From Acidobacteriota bacterium (lineage in GTDB: Bacteria > Acidobacteriota > UBA890 > WLXD01), in contig CBDFKD010000002.1 of the NCBI GenBank assembly GCA_965248695.1, positions 4,960,001 through 5,024,000 on the forward strand: a DNA stretch of 64,000 bases, given 5' to 3'. The notes beneath the pieces are model-generated. The model ran no database searches and was not told the origin of the DNA. It saw only the letters and a list, made by a program, of their open reading frames with translations. How positions within the stretch are numbered: the first letter of the stretch is position 1; each line of letters begins with the position of its first letter. The position numbers were made by a program, and so were the translations under genes. Shown piece by piece: positions 20,392 through 32,951 of this stretch.

Positions 20392-22699
20392 GGACGACGG
20401 CCGAAAACCGGGCCAGATCGAGAGCTTGCTGGACCGCGAGCACGTGTGGTCGGTGCTTGCCGGCTTGGTGATCGTGTTCTTGATCAGTGGCCAGCAGAGC
20501 ATCCGGACGTACGACTACGCCGGCGGCGACGTGGTCGAGGCGGATATCGTGGCTCCGATCGAGCTGCGTGTGCCTGACCCGGAGTCCACCGCACGTCGGC
20601 GTGACGAGGCACGCGACGCTGTTCTCGACGTCTACGATTTCGATCCGTTCGCCTGGCGGGAGCCGGTGGCGTCGCTCAACGCCTTGTTCGCCTGGGGCCG
20701 TGAGCAAGTCGCCGACGCCGAGCCTTGGTCGGACCTGGACCGCGACCGACGGGCGCAGCTGACCTCCGAGGCCGACTCCGTGGTCGGATTGATGCTACCG
20801 GACGGGGTCATCGAGCCCGCATGGGACGAGGGCTTCAGGGCCGAGACCGAGCTGGCAGCGGAGCGGCTGCTGCGAAGCCACGTTCAGCATTCGTTGCTCG
20901 GCACGACGCAGGTGCTGAGTCTCGGCCGCAACAACGCCATCCGTATCCGCGACATCGCCGATCAGGAGGAGCGCGACCTCGATGACCTGAGCGGCATAGT
21001 TGACCTGGAGACCGCTCGTGGTCGCCTACGCCGCCAGCTCGTGGAGGTGGTCGACGTCGAGGCCCGAATGGAGGATGGCCTGGCGGCCTTGCTCGGCCAG
21101 CTGCTGTTGCCGAACCTGACGTTCAACAGCAACGAAACGCTGACTCGAAGACAGGGCGCCGCCGGCGCTGTCGAGCCCGTCTTCTACCAGGTGAAGCGCG
21201 GCCGCACGATTGCTCGTGAGGGCGACGCGGTAAATGACCAGGTGCTGCGCGAGTTGGCAGCGTTCCGACAGCAGGGGGCGCCGGGCGGCTCGCGCACGGC
21301 TACCGGGGGCATCTTGCTGTTGGTCGGCCTGGCGATCGTGGCCATGTGGCGCTACGTGCGCCACTACCGGCGACGCCATAGCGTGATCCGAGTCGCGCGG
21401 CTGCACCACCTGCTGCTGGTGCTGCTGGTGGGCACCACCTTGGTGACGCGCGTGATGCTCTTCATCGGCGATGCCGTGGCGCGGTCGTTCGCCCAGCCGC
21501 CCTACAACGTGGCCGAGGCGTACCCCTACGCGTTGCCGGTCGCCGCCGGCGCGCTCCTCGTGGTGCTGCTTGTCGACGCCGATGTGGCGTGGATCTACGC
21601 CGCGGTTCAGGCAGTGATTCTGGGCGTCATGACCAGCAGCCTCGAGATTGCCATGTATGCGCTGCTGAGCTCGTTTGCAGCGGTCTTCGCGCTGGCGCGA
21701 TACAGCCAGCGTACGGCGATGGCGCGCACCGTCGTGGTCGTGGGGCTGGTCAACGTCGTGGTGGTGCTCGGATTCGCGCTGCTGGCGCAGCCAGCACCTC
21801 CGTGGTCGCTCGCCGGCTTCCAGGGAGCGCTGGCCTTCTTCGGCGGCATTCAGGTGGCCGTGTTGGCGATGGCGGTCTTGCCGCCTCTCGAGTCGATGTT
21901 CAACACGCTTACCGACATCAAGCTGCTCGAGCTGTCCAACATGAACCTGCCGCTGCTCAAGCAACTGGCGGTCGTTGCTCCGGGCACCTATCACCACAGC
22001 GTGGTGGTCGGCACCCTGGCCGAGAAAGCGGCCGAAGCGATCGGTGCCAACCCGCTGTTCGCGCGTGTGTCGGCCTACTACCACGACGTCGGCAAGATGC
22101 GGCAGCCGGAGTATTTCATCGAGAACCAGAAAGACGGGCGCAACCCGCACGATCGCCTGGCGCCGCAGATGAGCGCGCTCGTTCTCATACGCCACGTCAA
22201 GGATGGCATCGCCTACGCCGAGGAACACCGCCTACCGCAGGCGCTGATCGATATCGTGCCGCAGCACCACGGCACTCGATTCATGCGCTACTTCCATGAG
22301 CGCGCCCTGCAGCAGTCGGAGAACGAGGAGACCCAGGTGCGCGAGGAAGACTTCCGTTACCCGGGGCCGAAGCCACAGAGCCGCGAGGCGGCGCTCATCA
22401 TGCTCGCCGACGGAGTCGAGGCGATGTCGCGTCTGATCGACGAGCCGACCGAGGTCAAGCTGCGCGAGATGATTCGCCGCAACGTCCGTGAGGTTCTCGA
22501 CGACGGTCAGCTCGACGAGTGCGACATGACCTTGGCGGACCTTTCAAAGGCGACGGAGGCGTTCGTCGAGGTCCTCTCCGGCATGCATCATCATCGCATC
22601 GAGTATCCGGAGGACCGCTCGGAATCGGCCGACCACCAGGCCGCCGATTCCGCCGAGGCTCCCGGTCCCGAGCCCCGTGCCGCACAGGCGGCCGATTGA
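20384..22699 (+). CDS. 7TM-HD membrane phosphohydrolase (PgpH-like)
   Basis: Extracellular domain, multiple TM helices, APGTYHHS, YYHDVGK, QHHGT, FRYPGPKP, MLAD. Confidence 0.9.
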   Translation: MTEDDGRKPGQIESLLDREHVWSVLAGLVIVFLISGQQSIRTYDYAGGDVVEADIVAPIELRVPDPESTARRRDEARDAVLDVYDFDPFAWREPVASLNALFAWGREQVADAEPWSDLDRDRRAQLTSEADSVVGLMLPDGVIEPAWDEGFRAETELAAERLLRSHVQHSLLGTTQVLSLGRNNAIRIRDIADQEERDLDDLSGIVDLETARGRLRRQLVEVVDVEARMEDGLAALLGQLLLPNLTFNSNETLTRRQGAAGAVEPVFYQVKRGRTIAREGDAVNDQVLRELAAFRQQGAPGGSRTATGGILLLVGLAIVAMWRYVRHYRRRHSVIRVARLHHLLLVLLVGTTLVTRVMLFIGDAVARSFAQPPYNVAEAYPYALPVAAGALLVVLLVDADVAWIYAAVQAVILGVMTSSLEIAMYALLSSFAAVFALARYSQRTAMARTVVVVGLVNVVVVLGFALLAQPAPPWSLAGFQGALAFFGGIQVAVLAMAVLPPLESMFNTLTDIKLLELSNMNLPLLKQLAVVAPGTYHHSVVVGTLAEKAAEAIGANPLFARVSAYYHDVGKMRQPEYFIENQKDGRNPHDRLAPQMSALVLIRHVKDGIAYAEEHRLPQALIDIVPQHHGTRFMRYFHERALQQSENEETQVREEDFRYPGPKPQSREAALIMLADGVEAMSRLIDEPTEVKLREMIRRNVREVLDDGQLDECDMTLADLSKATEAFVEVLSGMHHHRIEYPEDRSESADHQAADSAEAPGPEPRAAQAAD

Positions 22700-23163
22700 G
22701 CGTCGTGGTGCGGAATCAGCAGGTCCGGCCGGTGTTGCCCGCCCGCCAGCTGGGCCAGGTGGTCGATGTCGCGCGCCGGTTCGTCGGCGGCAGCCTCGGA
22801 GTCGTCGCCTTTGCCTTTGTCGACGACGCCCGCATGACCGACCACCATCAGCGATTCCTGGATAGGGATTGCACCACCGACGTGCTCTCGTTCCCGGTGG
22901 ACGAGGACGAACGCTCGGCCATGCCGGCAGGCTCGGATGACGCGAACGAGCCTCGATACTGGGGTGACGTGATGATCTGTACCGACCAGGCTGCCCGCCA
23001 GGCGCGCCAACTCGGCCATCCGTATCCCTACGAGCTCACGGTCCTGGCACTGCACGGAACGTTGCATTTGCTCGGCTACGATCACACAAGCGACGGCGGG
23101 ATCATGTCGCGTCTGGAGCACTCGCTGCGGCCGCGTTGCGTCGCCGCGGGAAGGTCCGGATGA
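22696..23163 (+). CDS. ybeY: rRNA maturation endoribonuclease YbeY
   Basis: TDVLSFP, HGTLHLLGYDH. Confidence 0.94.
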   Translation: MSVVVRNQQVRPVLPARQLGQVVDVARRFVGGSLGVVAFAFVDDARMTDHHQRFLDRDCTTDVLSFPVDEDERSAMPAGSDDANEPRYWGDVMICTDQAARQARQLGHPYPYELTVLALHGTLHLLGYDHTSDGGIMSRLEHSLRPRCVAAGRSG

Positions 23164-24386
23164 CCGCCGGCGAGATCATCGCACTGGTCGGTACCGGGGT
23201 GCTGCTGGTGGTGTCCGCCGCCGTTTCGGTCGCCGGCCGCAGCTTGAGTCGCTTGCAGCGCCGCGAGTGGACCAGTGGAAGTCTGGCCGACGATGCCGAC
23301 GAGGTCGGCTCCTCGGCGGTCGAGGTCGCCTTCGTGTCGCTGGGCCTGGCGCGACAGCTGCTGCTGGTCGGGTTGGCGGTGCAGATCGCCAATGTTGCGG
23401 CGCGTCTTGCCTGGCAGCCGCCGCTGCTTGCGCCGCTGGTCGTAACGGTGCTGGCTTACCTGGTGGTCGACAAGCTGGCGCCGTACTGGCTGGTCGCGCT
23501 GATGGGCTCCAACGCGGTGCTGAACGTCGGCGGCAGGTGGTTCCGATTGGTGCGCGTCGTGTTCGGGCCGCTCGCCGGCTATCTGTCGCGAACAGCGGAT
23601 CGAGCGCGAGCCCGCAATCGAGCCGACCAGAACGATGCCGAGCGCGACGACCTGGGCGCGTTCCTTGATCTGGCCGAGGAGGAGGGCCTGGTCAGCGAAT
23701 CCGAAGAGGCGCTGCTGCGCGGTGTCGCCGATCTGGACGAGACCACCGTCCGCGAAGTGATGACGCCGCGTGTCGACGTGATGGCCATCGATGCGTCGGA
23801 GAGCCTCGCGGCGTTGAGGGGGCTGATCGCCGAGCACCGACTGTCGCGCATTCCCGTGGTGGCCGACGATCTGGACCATGTGGTCGGGGTGGTGAACCTG
23901 AAGGACCTGGTGGCGGCATTGCAGGACCAGCCCGATGAGGCGCCGGTGACCAGCATCGCGCGGCCGGCCTTTTTCGTTCCCGAGAGCAAGCACGCGAGCG
24001 AGCTGCTGGGCGAGTTCCAGCGCCGCCGGGAGCAAATAGCGATCGTTGTCGATGAGTACGGCGGCACGGCCGGACTGGCCACGCTAGAGGACGTGCTCGA
24101 GGAGATCGTGGGCGAGATCCAAGACGAGGACGAGGTCGAGGAACGGCTCGTCGAGATCCGGGCTGACGGCGCGATTGTTGCCGGGAAGGCCGAGATCGAG
24201 GACGTCGAGGAGGCCATCGGCCGCCAGATCCAGGAAGGTGAGTTCCACACCATCGGCGGTATGGTCTTCACCCACCTGGGCCGCATTCCGGAGCCGGGGG
24301 AGCGCTTCGACTGCTCAGATCTGCATATCGAGGTGCTCGAGGCGGACGACCGCCGCATCCATCGGATCCGCATCACGACACTCTGA
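23160..24386 (+). CDS. CNNM/CorC-type (hemolysin family) CBS-domain membrane protein
   Basis: TM N-terminus, VREVMTPR, SRIPV, VVDEYGGTAGL..LEDVLEEIVGEI.DE. Confidence 0.9.
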   Translation: MTAGEIIALVGTGVLLVVSAAVSVAGRSLSRLQRREWTSGSLADDADEVGSSAVEVAFVSLGLARQLLLVGLAVQIANVAARLAWQPPLLAPLVVTVLAYLVVDKLAPYWLVALMGSNAVLNVGGRWFRLVRVVFGPLAGYLSRTADRARARNRADQNDAERDDLGAFLDLAEEEGLVSESEEALLRGVADLDETTVREVMTPRVDVMAIDASESLAALRGLIAEHRLSRIPVVADDLDHVVGVVNLKDLVAALQDQPDEAPVTSIARPAFFVPESKHASELLGEFQRRREQIAIVVDEYGGTAGLATLEDVLEEIVGEIQDEDEVEERLVEIRADGAIVAGKAEIEDVEEAIGRQIQEGEFHTIGGMVFTHLGRIPEPGERFDCSDLHIEVLEADDRRIHRIRITTL

Positions 24387-24423
24387 GCCGAGCTGTCATC
24401 GGCGTCGAGAAGACGGGAATCTC

Positions 24424-25347
24424 ATGCACGGGAAGCACTCCGATGCCGCGCCACGGGCCGACGGTTTTCGGTGCGGTACCGTCACCTTCGTCGGGCGGCC
24501 CAACGCCGGCAAGTCGACGCTGCTGAACCGCCTCGTCGGCAGCAAGATTTCGATCGTGTCCGACAAGCCACAGACGACGCGCCACCGGATCAGCGGCATT
24601 CTGACCGAGGATCGCGGACAGACGGTGTTTGTCGACACCCCGGGTGTGCACCGTCCCCACTACCGCATGAACCGTCGCATGATGCAGGTCACACGCCGGG
24701 CGATGCTCGACGTCGACTTGGTGGCGGTGCTGATCGATGTCACCGAGCGTCGCGGCGCAGGTGTTGACTACCTGATGGGAACAGTGCGCGACACGAGCGT
24801 TACCACCGTCCTGTTGCTCAACAAGGTGGATCGCATTGCCAAGCCCAAGTTGTTGCCGGCCATCGACTGGTTCCGACAGCAACATGCCTTTGCGGATATC
24901 ATTCCGATCTCTGCACTCGCTGGCGACAACTGCGACGCGTTCGTAGACGCGGTCTTTCGTCACCTACCGCCAGGTCCGCTGCTATATCCCGACGAGACGC
25001 TCACGGATCGCTCGGTGCGCTTCATGGCGGCTGAGATGGTGCGCGAGGAGCTCCTGCATCGTACGCGCGAGGAGCTTCCGTACACCACTGCGGTGACCGT
25101 CGATCGCTGGGAGGAGGACGGCGATGAGGGTACGGTGCAGATCGGCGCGACGATCTACGTCGAGCGCGCCGGCCAGAAGCCGATCGTCATTGGCAAGGGC
25201 GGATCGATGTTGCGCCGGGTAGGTACGGCGGCTCGCCGGCAGATCGAGGACCTCATTGGCCGGCATGTGGTGCTCGAGTTATGGGTCAAGGTGAAGCCGG
25301 AATGGCGTCAACAGGCCAGGTTGCTCGACGAGATGGAGATCACTTGA
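24424..25347 (+). CDS. era: GTPase Era
   Basis: GRPNAGKSTLLN, KPQTTR, DTPG, NKVD, KH domain IVIGKGG. Confidence 0.97.
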   Translation: MHGKHSDAAPRADGFRCGTVTFVGRPNAGKSTLLNRLVGSKISIVSDKPQTTRHRISGILTEDRGQTVFVDTPGVHRPHYRMNRRMMQVTRRAMLDVDLVAVLIDVTERRGAGVDYLMGTVRDTSVTTVLLLNKVDRIAKPKLLPAIDWFRQQHAFADIIPISALAGDNCDAFVDAVFRHLPPGPLLYPDETLTDRSVRFMAAEMVREELLHRTREELPYTTAVTVDRWEEDGDEGTVQIGATIYVERAGQKPIVIGKGGSMLRRVGTAARRQIEDLIGRHVVLELWVKVKPEWRQQARLLDEMEIT

Positions 25348-26717
25348 TGCACCGTCAGCGCGTCAGCCTCATGATGCAGCCGCTTCGTCGGCTGCTGCAG
25401 CGCGGTGCGCGCGCGCATGCGGTGAACTTCGTCTCCAAGGTGCACGCCGCCGATGTGGCGAGGCTACTGACCCGGCTGGATGAAGACGAGGGCGTCGACG
25501 TGTTCGACCTCGTGCTGGCTGATGCACCGCGGCGCGCCGGCGAGGTGCTAGCGGAGCTGGAGCCGTCCGATGTGGCGCGGTTGCTGGAGGGGCGCCCGGA
25601 AACTGAGATCGCCACGATCTTCGCGGAGGTGGGAGCCGACGACGCCGCGGAACTGGTGACGGCTCTGCCTGAAGACGTTGCCGCCCGCGTGCTCGAGCAG
25701 CTCGAACGCATCGGGCACGAGGAGGTCGAGGGCCTGCTCGGCTACGACGAGGACACCGCCGGCAGAATCATGAGCCCGGAGGTCTTCGCGTTGCACGAGG
25801 AGCTGACTATCGCCGAGGCCATCGAGGCCCTTCGGCAGTCGCGCTCGGAAGACCTGGAGATGGCGTTCTACCTGTACGTGGTCGATGAGCGCGGTCACCT
25901 GGTGGGCGTGTGCTCGTTGCGCGATCTGCTGCTTCGTGGCGCCAGCGAGCGCCTGCAGGAGGTCATGAAGACGCGCTTGGTGGCCGTGAACGTGGACACC
26001 GATCAGGAGGAGGTCGCCAATCTGGTGGCGCGTTACAACTACCTCGCGCTACCGGTCGTGGATCACGAGAACAAGCTGACCGGCATGGTGACCGTTGACG
26101 ACATCATCGACATCATGCGGGAAGAGGAGACGGAGGACATCCTGCTGATGGCGGGTGTCGGTGAGGATGAGGAAGAAGTTCTGACGGCCCCGCTCTGGCG
26201 CAACGTGCTCCTGCGCCTCCCGTGGCTGTTCGCGGCGTGGATCGGCGGCGTGGTGGCGGCGCAGGTAATCGAGCACTTCGAGGATCTACTCTCGCAGATG
26301 ATCGTGCTGGCCGTGTTCATTCCGATCATCGTCGGTATGGGCGGCAACGTCGGCACTCAGGCTGCGACCATCGTCGTGCGTGGCATGGCCACCGGCCGGC
26401 TGGTGACCGGACAGCGGATGGCGACGGTGCTGCGCGAGCTCCGGGTGGCGTTCACGCTGGGCATGCTCTTCGGTGTATTGCTCGGAGTGACAGTCTACTT
26501 CCGCAATCCCGAGGTTCCGGCGCTCGCGATCACGGTCGGTTTGTCGCTCGTCTCCTGCATGGTGTTGGCGGCCACAGTGGGCGCGGCGACGCCGATCATG
26601 CTCAACCGTTTCGGGGTCGACCCCGCAATCGCCACCGGACCGTTCGTCACCACGGCAATCGACGTTCTGGGAATCGTCGCCTACTTCAGCATCGCCAGCC
26701 TGCTCGTCTTTCGCTGA
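25347..26717 (+). CDS. mgtE: Magnesium transporter MgtE
   Basis: MgtE_N, CBS pair, RLPWL, GMGGNVGTQ, DPAIATGPFVTT..D. Confidence 0.96.
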   Translation: MHRQRVSLMMQPLRRLLQRGARAHAVNFVSKVHAADVARLLTRLDEDEGVDVFDLVLADAPRRAGEVLAELEPSDVARLLEGRPETEIATIFAEVGADDAAELVTALPEDVAARVLEQLERIGHEEVEGLLGYDEDTAGRIMSPEVFALHEELTIAEAIEALRQSRSEDLEMAFYLYVVDERGHLVGVCSLRDLLLRGASERLQEVMKTRLVAVNVDTDQEEVANLVARYNYLALPVVDHENKLTGMVTVDDIIDIMREEETEDILLMAGVGEDEEEVLTAPLWRNVLLRLPWLFAAWIGGVVAAQVIEHFEDLLSQMIVLAVFIPIIVGMGGNVGTQAATIVVRGMATGRLVTGQRMATVLRELRVAFTLGMLFGVLLGVTVYFRNPEVPALAITVGLSLVSCMVLAATVGAATPIMLNRFGVDPAIATGPFVTTAIDVLGIVAYFSIASLLVFR

Positions 26718-26718
26718 C

Positions 26719-27489
26719 GTGGCCCTCAAGCAGGCGACCGGGTACGCGCTTCGCAGCCGGCCGCTGGGCGAAGCGGACCTGATCGTCGAGTTCTACACGC
26801 GCGAGTACGGTCGAATACGGGCTGTGGCGAAGTCGGCCCGGCGCATCAAGAGCCGTTTCGGCAGCGCGTTCGAGCCCTTCACACGGTCGCGTATCGTCTA
26901 CTTCCAGCGCGACAAGGATGACCTCGGCCGGGTATCGTCGTGCGAGCTTGAGCGGTCGTACTTCGAGTCGTTGGGGCAGCCGGAGGAAGCTGCGCTGGCG
27001 GCCTATGCGGCGGAGCTGATTATCGGGTTCGCGCCCGAGCACGACGCATCGCCGACCTTGTTTCGATTGATCGGCGCGTGTTTCGACAGCCTCGAAACCG
27101 ACCCGGCACCGGATACCCTCACGCGCTACTTTGAAGTCTGGATGCTCCGGCTCTCGGGACTGCTCCCCGGCTTCGACACCTGCAGCAGTTGCGGCGGTGC
27201 GCTCACGGACGACGTGTGGGTATCGGATGTGACGCTGGGGTTCCTCTGCGGGCGCGATTGTGGACAGGTCATCGGACGGCGCCGGCTAGCACCGGCTGCA
27301 CGGCACTTGATGGTCGCGATTCTCCGCCAGGCGCCGGACCAGCTAGTTGCGCAACGGCCCGATGCGGCCGCGATCCGCGGACTCGGGTCGGTGATGCGTG
27401 TGCTCATCGTTGGCCACCTCGACCGAACACCGCGCTCTCTGCGCGTCATGCAGCGGCTCAAGCGGCTCAAGCGGCTCAAGCGGCGTTAG
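26719..27489 (+). CDS. recO: DNA repair protein RecO
   Basis: GEADLIV..TREYG, AKSARR.KSRF, Zn-finger CSSC..C..C; downstream of era. Confidence 0.93.
   Translation: MALKQATGYALRSRPLGEADLIVEFYTREYGRIRAVAKSARRIKSRFGSAFEPFTRSRIVYFQRDKDDLGRVSSCELERSYFESLGQPEEAALAAYAAELIIGFAPEHDASPTLFRLIGACFDSLETDPAPDTLTRYFEVWMLRLSGLLPGFDTCSSCGGALTDDVWVSDVTLGFLCGRDCGQVIGRRRLAPAARHLMVAILRQAPDQLVAQRPDAAAIRGLGSVMRVLIVGHLDRTPRSLRVMQRLKRLKRLKRR
27452..27484 (+). repeat. 9-bp tandem repeat (AGCGGCTCA)x3.7 at the recO 3' end
   Basis: agcggctca agcggctca agcggctca agcggc, encoding RLKRLKRLKRR. Confidence 0.9.
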
Positions 27490-27565
27490 GCTGGCAGGCG
27501 GGGCCGACCCGTTGGCGCCGGAGGAGCGAGTAACTCGGCCGCCTGGCGTCGAATAAGATCGACGC

Positions 27566-29320
27566 ATGCAAGCCATCCGCCTGCTCGACGGCGCCGTGAT
27601 CGATCGCATCGCGGCCGGCGAGGTCGTCGAGCGTCCAGCGTCCGTCGTCAAGGAGTTGCTGGAGAACGCGCTCGATGCTGGCGCCGCACGAATCGACGTA
27701 CGCATCGAGGCGGGCGGCCGCCGGTTGATCGCGGTCGACGACGACGGCCACGGGATGAACGCCGAGGACGCGGCGCTGGCGTTTCGCCAACACGCGACGA
27801 GCAAGATCCAGACCGTCGACGATCTCGACCACATCTGCACCCTGGGGTTTCGCGGTGAGGCGCTCGCCAGCATCGCGGCGGTCGCTCGTGTGCGGATGCA
27901 AACGGGGACTGGCGCCGGCGCTGGCGTTCAGGTTCGTGTCGAGGACCCGGCAGCTCCTGTCCTGCAGGTTTCACCGGGCCCGCGTGGCACACGAGTGCAG
28001 GTGCATGAGCTGTTCTACAACACGCCGGCCCGGCTGAAGCACCTCCGCACCGACGCCACCGAGGCGGGTCACGTCGCCAGCGTGGTCGAGGACTTCGCCA
28101 TGTTGCGGCCGGATATCGCGCTGACGCTCACGGTGGATGGCCGCGAGCGCCTCTCGGCACCGCCGGTCGAAACGATCGACGAGCGCATCCACCAGGTGCT
28201 CGGGGCCGAGGTCGCCGAGTGCTGGGTGACGGTCGAGGGCGGCGGCGAGATTCGCGTCCGCGGCGGTGTGACCAGCCCGGAGCACACGCGGTCGAATCGA
28301 CGCCATATCCATCTGTTCGTCAATGGCAGGGTGGTCAGCGATGGTCGGCTGGCGCATGCGGTGGTTACGGGCTTCGATACGCTCCTTGAGCGGCGACGAT
28401 TCCCGGTGGCGGCACTGTTCATCTCGCTCGATCCGGCCGAGGTCGATGTCAATGTGCATCCACGCAAGGCGGAGGTGCGGTTTGTCGAGCCCGGTCGCGT
28501 CTTCGCGTCGCTCCGGCGAGCAGTGGCGACGGCGCTCGCCGGTCAGCTCCCGCCGCCGCGCGCCTGGCCGCAGTCCGCGGTCGCCGATCGTGAAGTTCAC
28601 GACGCGCCGGCCGGCGCCTGGCCCCCTCCGGCATCGGCTGCCGCAGCGCCCAGTCTGCCCTTGCGCGACTGGACACCCGTGGGTGGCTCGGCCCTGGGCG
28701 GCACGCACGCCGGGCAGGCGGCGGCAGCGTCCGGCGAGACTGCCGGCGCGATCCAACCGATCGCGCAGTACGCCAACACCTACATTCTCGCGGTGGACGA
28801 CCATGGCCTGCTGATCATTGATCAGCATGTGGCGCACGAGCGCGTGCTGTACGAGCAGGTGCTCGAGCAGCGCAGCCGTCGTCGGGTGCCGGTGCAGGGA
28901 TTGCTGGTGCCCGAGACCGTCGAACTGACGGCCGTTGAGGTGGCGGCGGCCGAAGAGCATCAGGAGATGCTGACCACATTCGGGTTCGAGATCGAGCCGT
29001 TCGGGGGACGCACGTGGACGCTGCGGACGGTACCGGAGGTGCTCGGGGCGCGCCGGGGCGCGCCGACGCTCCGGGCATTGCTGGCGTCGCTCGCCGATGA
29101 GCGCGGAGGGGAGGCCGCCGACCGCATCCAGCGCGAGGTGGCCGCCTCGATCGCCTGCCATGCTGCCGTGAAGGCGAATCAACCGCTGACGCGCGAGGTA
29201 ATGGCAAGCTTGATTGCCCAGCTCGGGGAGTGTGAGGCACCGACGCGGTGTCCGCACGGACGGCCGATCATGCTGCGGCTCGATCACCATGCCATCGAGC
29301 GGCAGCTCGGACGCCACTGA
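27566..29320 (+). CDS. mutL: DNA mismatch repair endonuclease MutL
   Basis: IAAGEVVERPASVVKELLEN, GFRGEAL, DVNVHP, DQHVAHER, ACH, CPHGRP. Confidence 0.98.
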   Translation: MQAIRLLDGAVIDRIAAGEVVERPASVVKELLENALDAGAARIDVRIEAGGRRLIAVDDDGHGMNAEDAALAFRQHATSKIQTVDDLDHICTLGFRGEALASIAAVARVRMQTGTGAGAGVQVRVEDPAAPVLQVSPGPRGTRVQVHELFYNTPARLKHLRTDATEAGHVASVVEDFAMLRPDIALTLTVDGRERLSAPPVETIDERIHQVLGAEVAECWVTVEGGGEIRVRGGVTSPEHTRSNRRHIHLFVNGRVVSDGRLAHAVVTGFDTLLERRRFPVAALFISLDPAEVDVNVHPRKAEVRFVEPGRVFASLRRAVATALAGQLPPPRAWPQSAVADREVHDAPAGAWPPPASAAAAPSLPLRDWTPVGGSALGGTHAGQAAAASGETAGAIQPIAQYANTYILAVDDHGLLIIDQHVAHERVLYEQVLEQRSRRRVPVQGLLVPETVELTAVEVAAAEEHQEMLTTFGFEIEPFGGRTWTLRTVPEVLGARRGAPTLRALLASLADERGGEAADRIQREVAASIACHAAVKANQPLTREVMASLIAQLGECEAPTRCPHGRPIMLRLDHHAIERQLGRH

Positions 29321-29360
29321 TCCGGCGCTGGCAGGCCGTGGTGGAAGTGCGGTGGGCTTG

Positions 29361-29954
29361 CTAGCCTTCCTCGGGAGCGCGACTTCCTGGCTTGACGGCG
29401 GTGCTTCCGTCAGCACACAGCGGACACTGTTCCGGCTCCCATGTCGGCGCATCGAGCGGTAGAAGAGACAGCAACGGCAGGCCGTCGATCTCCGCGGCGC
29501 CGAGCCGGTTGGCGATGCACCCGGTCGCCACCGGGCGGCCCCCGTGCCGACGGATTGTCTCGAGGGTCTCGCGGCTGCTGAGCCCGGTCGTGACGACGTC
29601 CTCGATCATCAGGACGCGCTCTCCAGAGCGTAGCTCGAACCCGCGCCGCAGCTCCATCGATCCGGCGACCCGCTCGGTGAAACAGGCGCGTAGGCCAAGC
29701 GCCCGCCCCACTTCGTGCCCGATGATCAGCCCGCCGAGCGCCGGCGAGACCACCACTTCCGGTGCCTCTGCAGCCTGTTGGCGGCAGGCGCAGGCGAGCT
29801 CGCTCCCGAGGCGCTTGGCGACGTCGGGGTGCTGTAGGGCGCGGGCGCATTGGAGATAGCGGTTCGAGTGTCGACCGGACGACAGCAAGAAGTGGCCTTC
29901 GAGCAAGGCGGCGCTCTCGAGCAGCAGCTCGCGCACGCCCGGGGCGGTGCTCAT
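29361..29954 (-). CDS. pyrE: Orotate phosphoribosyltransferase
   Basis: GHFLLSSGRHS..Y, IEDVVTTGLS; within the pyr operon. Confidence 0.95.
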   Translation of the reverse strand: MSTAPGVRELLLESAALLEGHFLLSSGRHSNRYLQCARALQHPDVAKRLGSELACACRQQAAEAPEVVVSPALGGLIIGHEVGRALGLRACFTERVAGSMELRRGFELRSGERVLMIEDVVTTGLSSRETLETIRRHGGRPVATGCIANRLGAAEIDGLPLLSLLPLDAPTWEPEQCPLCADGSTAVKPGSRAPEEG

Positions 29955-31211
29955 GTTCGACGCCAAGCGATCTCGCCGCCGACCACGGTCAGCGTGGGCC
30001 AGCCGTGCAGGGTGCTCCCGTCGAAGGGGGTGTTGCGCGATTTGCTGAGGAATGTCGACGCTGCAACGGCAGCTTCCAGGTCAGGATCGATGACGCTCAC
30101 ATGGCCCGGCGTCCCGACTTTGAGGCTTCCGCCGTCGATCCCCAGAATCGTGCTGGGGTTCACCGATAGCAGCTCAACCAGACGACCGACGTCGATGACG
30201 CCGGCGCGGAGCAGATGCGTGCAGGCGAGCGGGATGGCGGTCTCGAGACCAACGATCCCGAAGGGCGCATGATCATATTCCAGCAGCTTCTCATCCTGAT
30301 GGTGCGGAGCGTGATCGGTCGCGATGGCGTCGACGGTGCCATCGCTGATCGCCTCACACAGAGCCTGGCGGTCGGATTCGGCGCGCAGCGGCGGATTCAT
30401 CTTGGTATTGGTGTCGAACTCGCGCACCGCCTCATCGGTAAGCGAGAAATGATGCGTCATCACTTCGCATGTGACGTTCACCCCGCGCTCCTTGGCATCC
30501 CGTACGAGTCGCATCGAACCCGCGGTCGACAGGTGCGCCAGATGTAATCGTCCGCCCGTGGCTTCGGCCAGCAGGAGATCGCGAGCGACGATGATCTCCT
30601 CGGCCGCTGCGGGCCACCCGCGGAGCCCTAAGGCGGTGGAGACGGCCCCCTCGTGCATGACCGCTCCGGCCGTCATCGAGCGCTCCTCACAATGCTCGAT
30701 TACCGGAATGTCGAACATGCGGCTGTACTCGAGCGCCTTGCGCATGAGCTGCGCGGTGGCCACCGGGTAGCCGTCGTCGGAGATCGCCACGCAGCCGGCG
30801 TCGACCAGCTCGCCGATCTCGGCCAGCGCTTCGCCCCGTTGCCCGACGCTCACAGCGCCGATCGGGTGGACCCTGACGTGCCCCTCGACGCTGGCGCGCT
30901 CGAGGATGAACTCGGTCACCGAGCGGTGATCGTTCACCGGTTTCGTGTTGGGCATGCAGGCGACGGCGGTGAATCCACCGGCCGCTGCAGCAGCGGTGCC
31001 GGAGGCGATGGTCTCCTTGTATTCGAAGCCCGGCTCTCGTAGGTGGACGTGCATGTCGACGAAGCCCGGGGCGACGATCTGTCCGTCGCACGCCACTGTC
31101 TCGGCGTCGGTCGCTTCGATCGCGGCTCCCGACTCGGCGATCACACCGTCGACGATGAGCAGGTCACCGACCGCGTCGACGGCGTTCGCCGGGTCGACGA
31201 GACGCCCTCCG

Positions 31212-31231
<20 letters not shown>
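29951..31231 (-). CDS. pyrC: Dihydroorotase
   Basis: [31 protein letters not shown]. Confidence 0.96.
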
Positions 31232-32234
<1,003 letters not shown>

Positions 32235-32235
32235 C

Positions 32236-32928
<693 letters not shown>

Positions 32929-32951
32929 CTATACGACTCCGACATGTCTAC

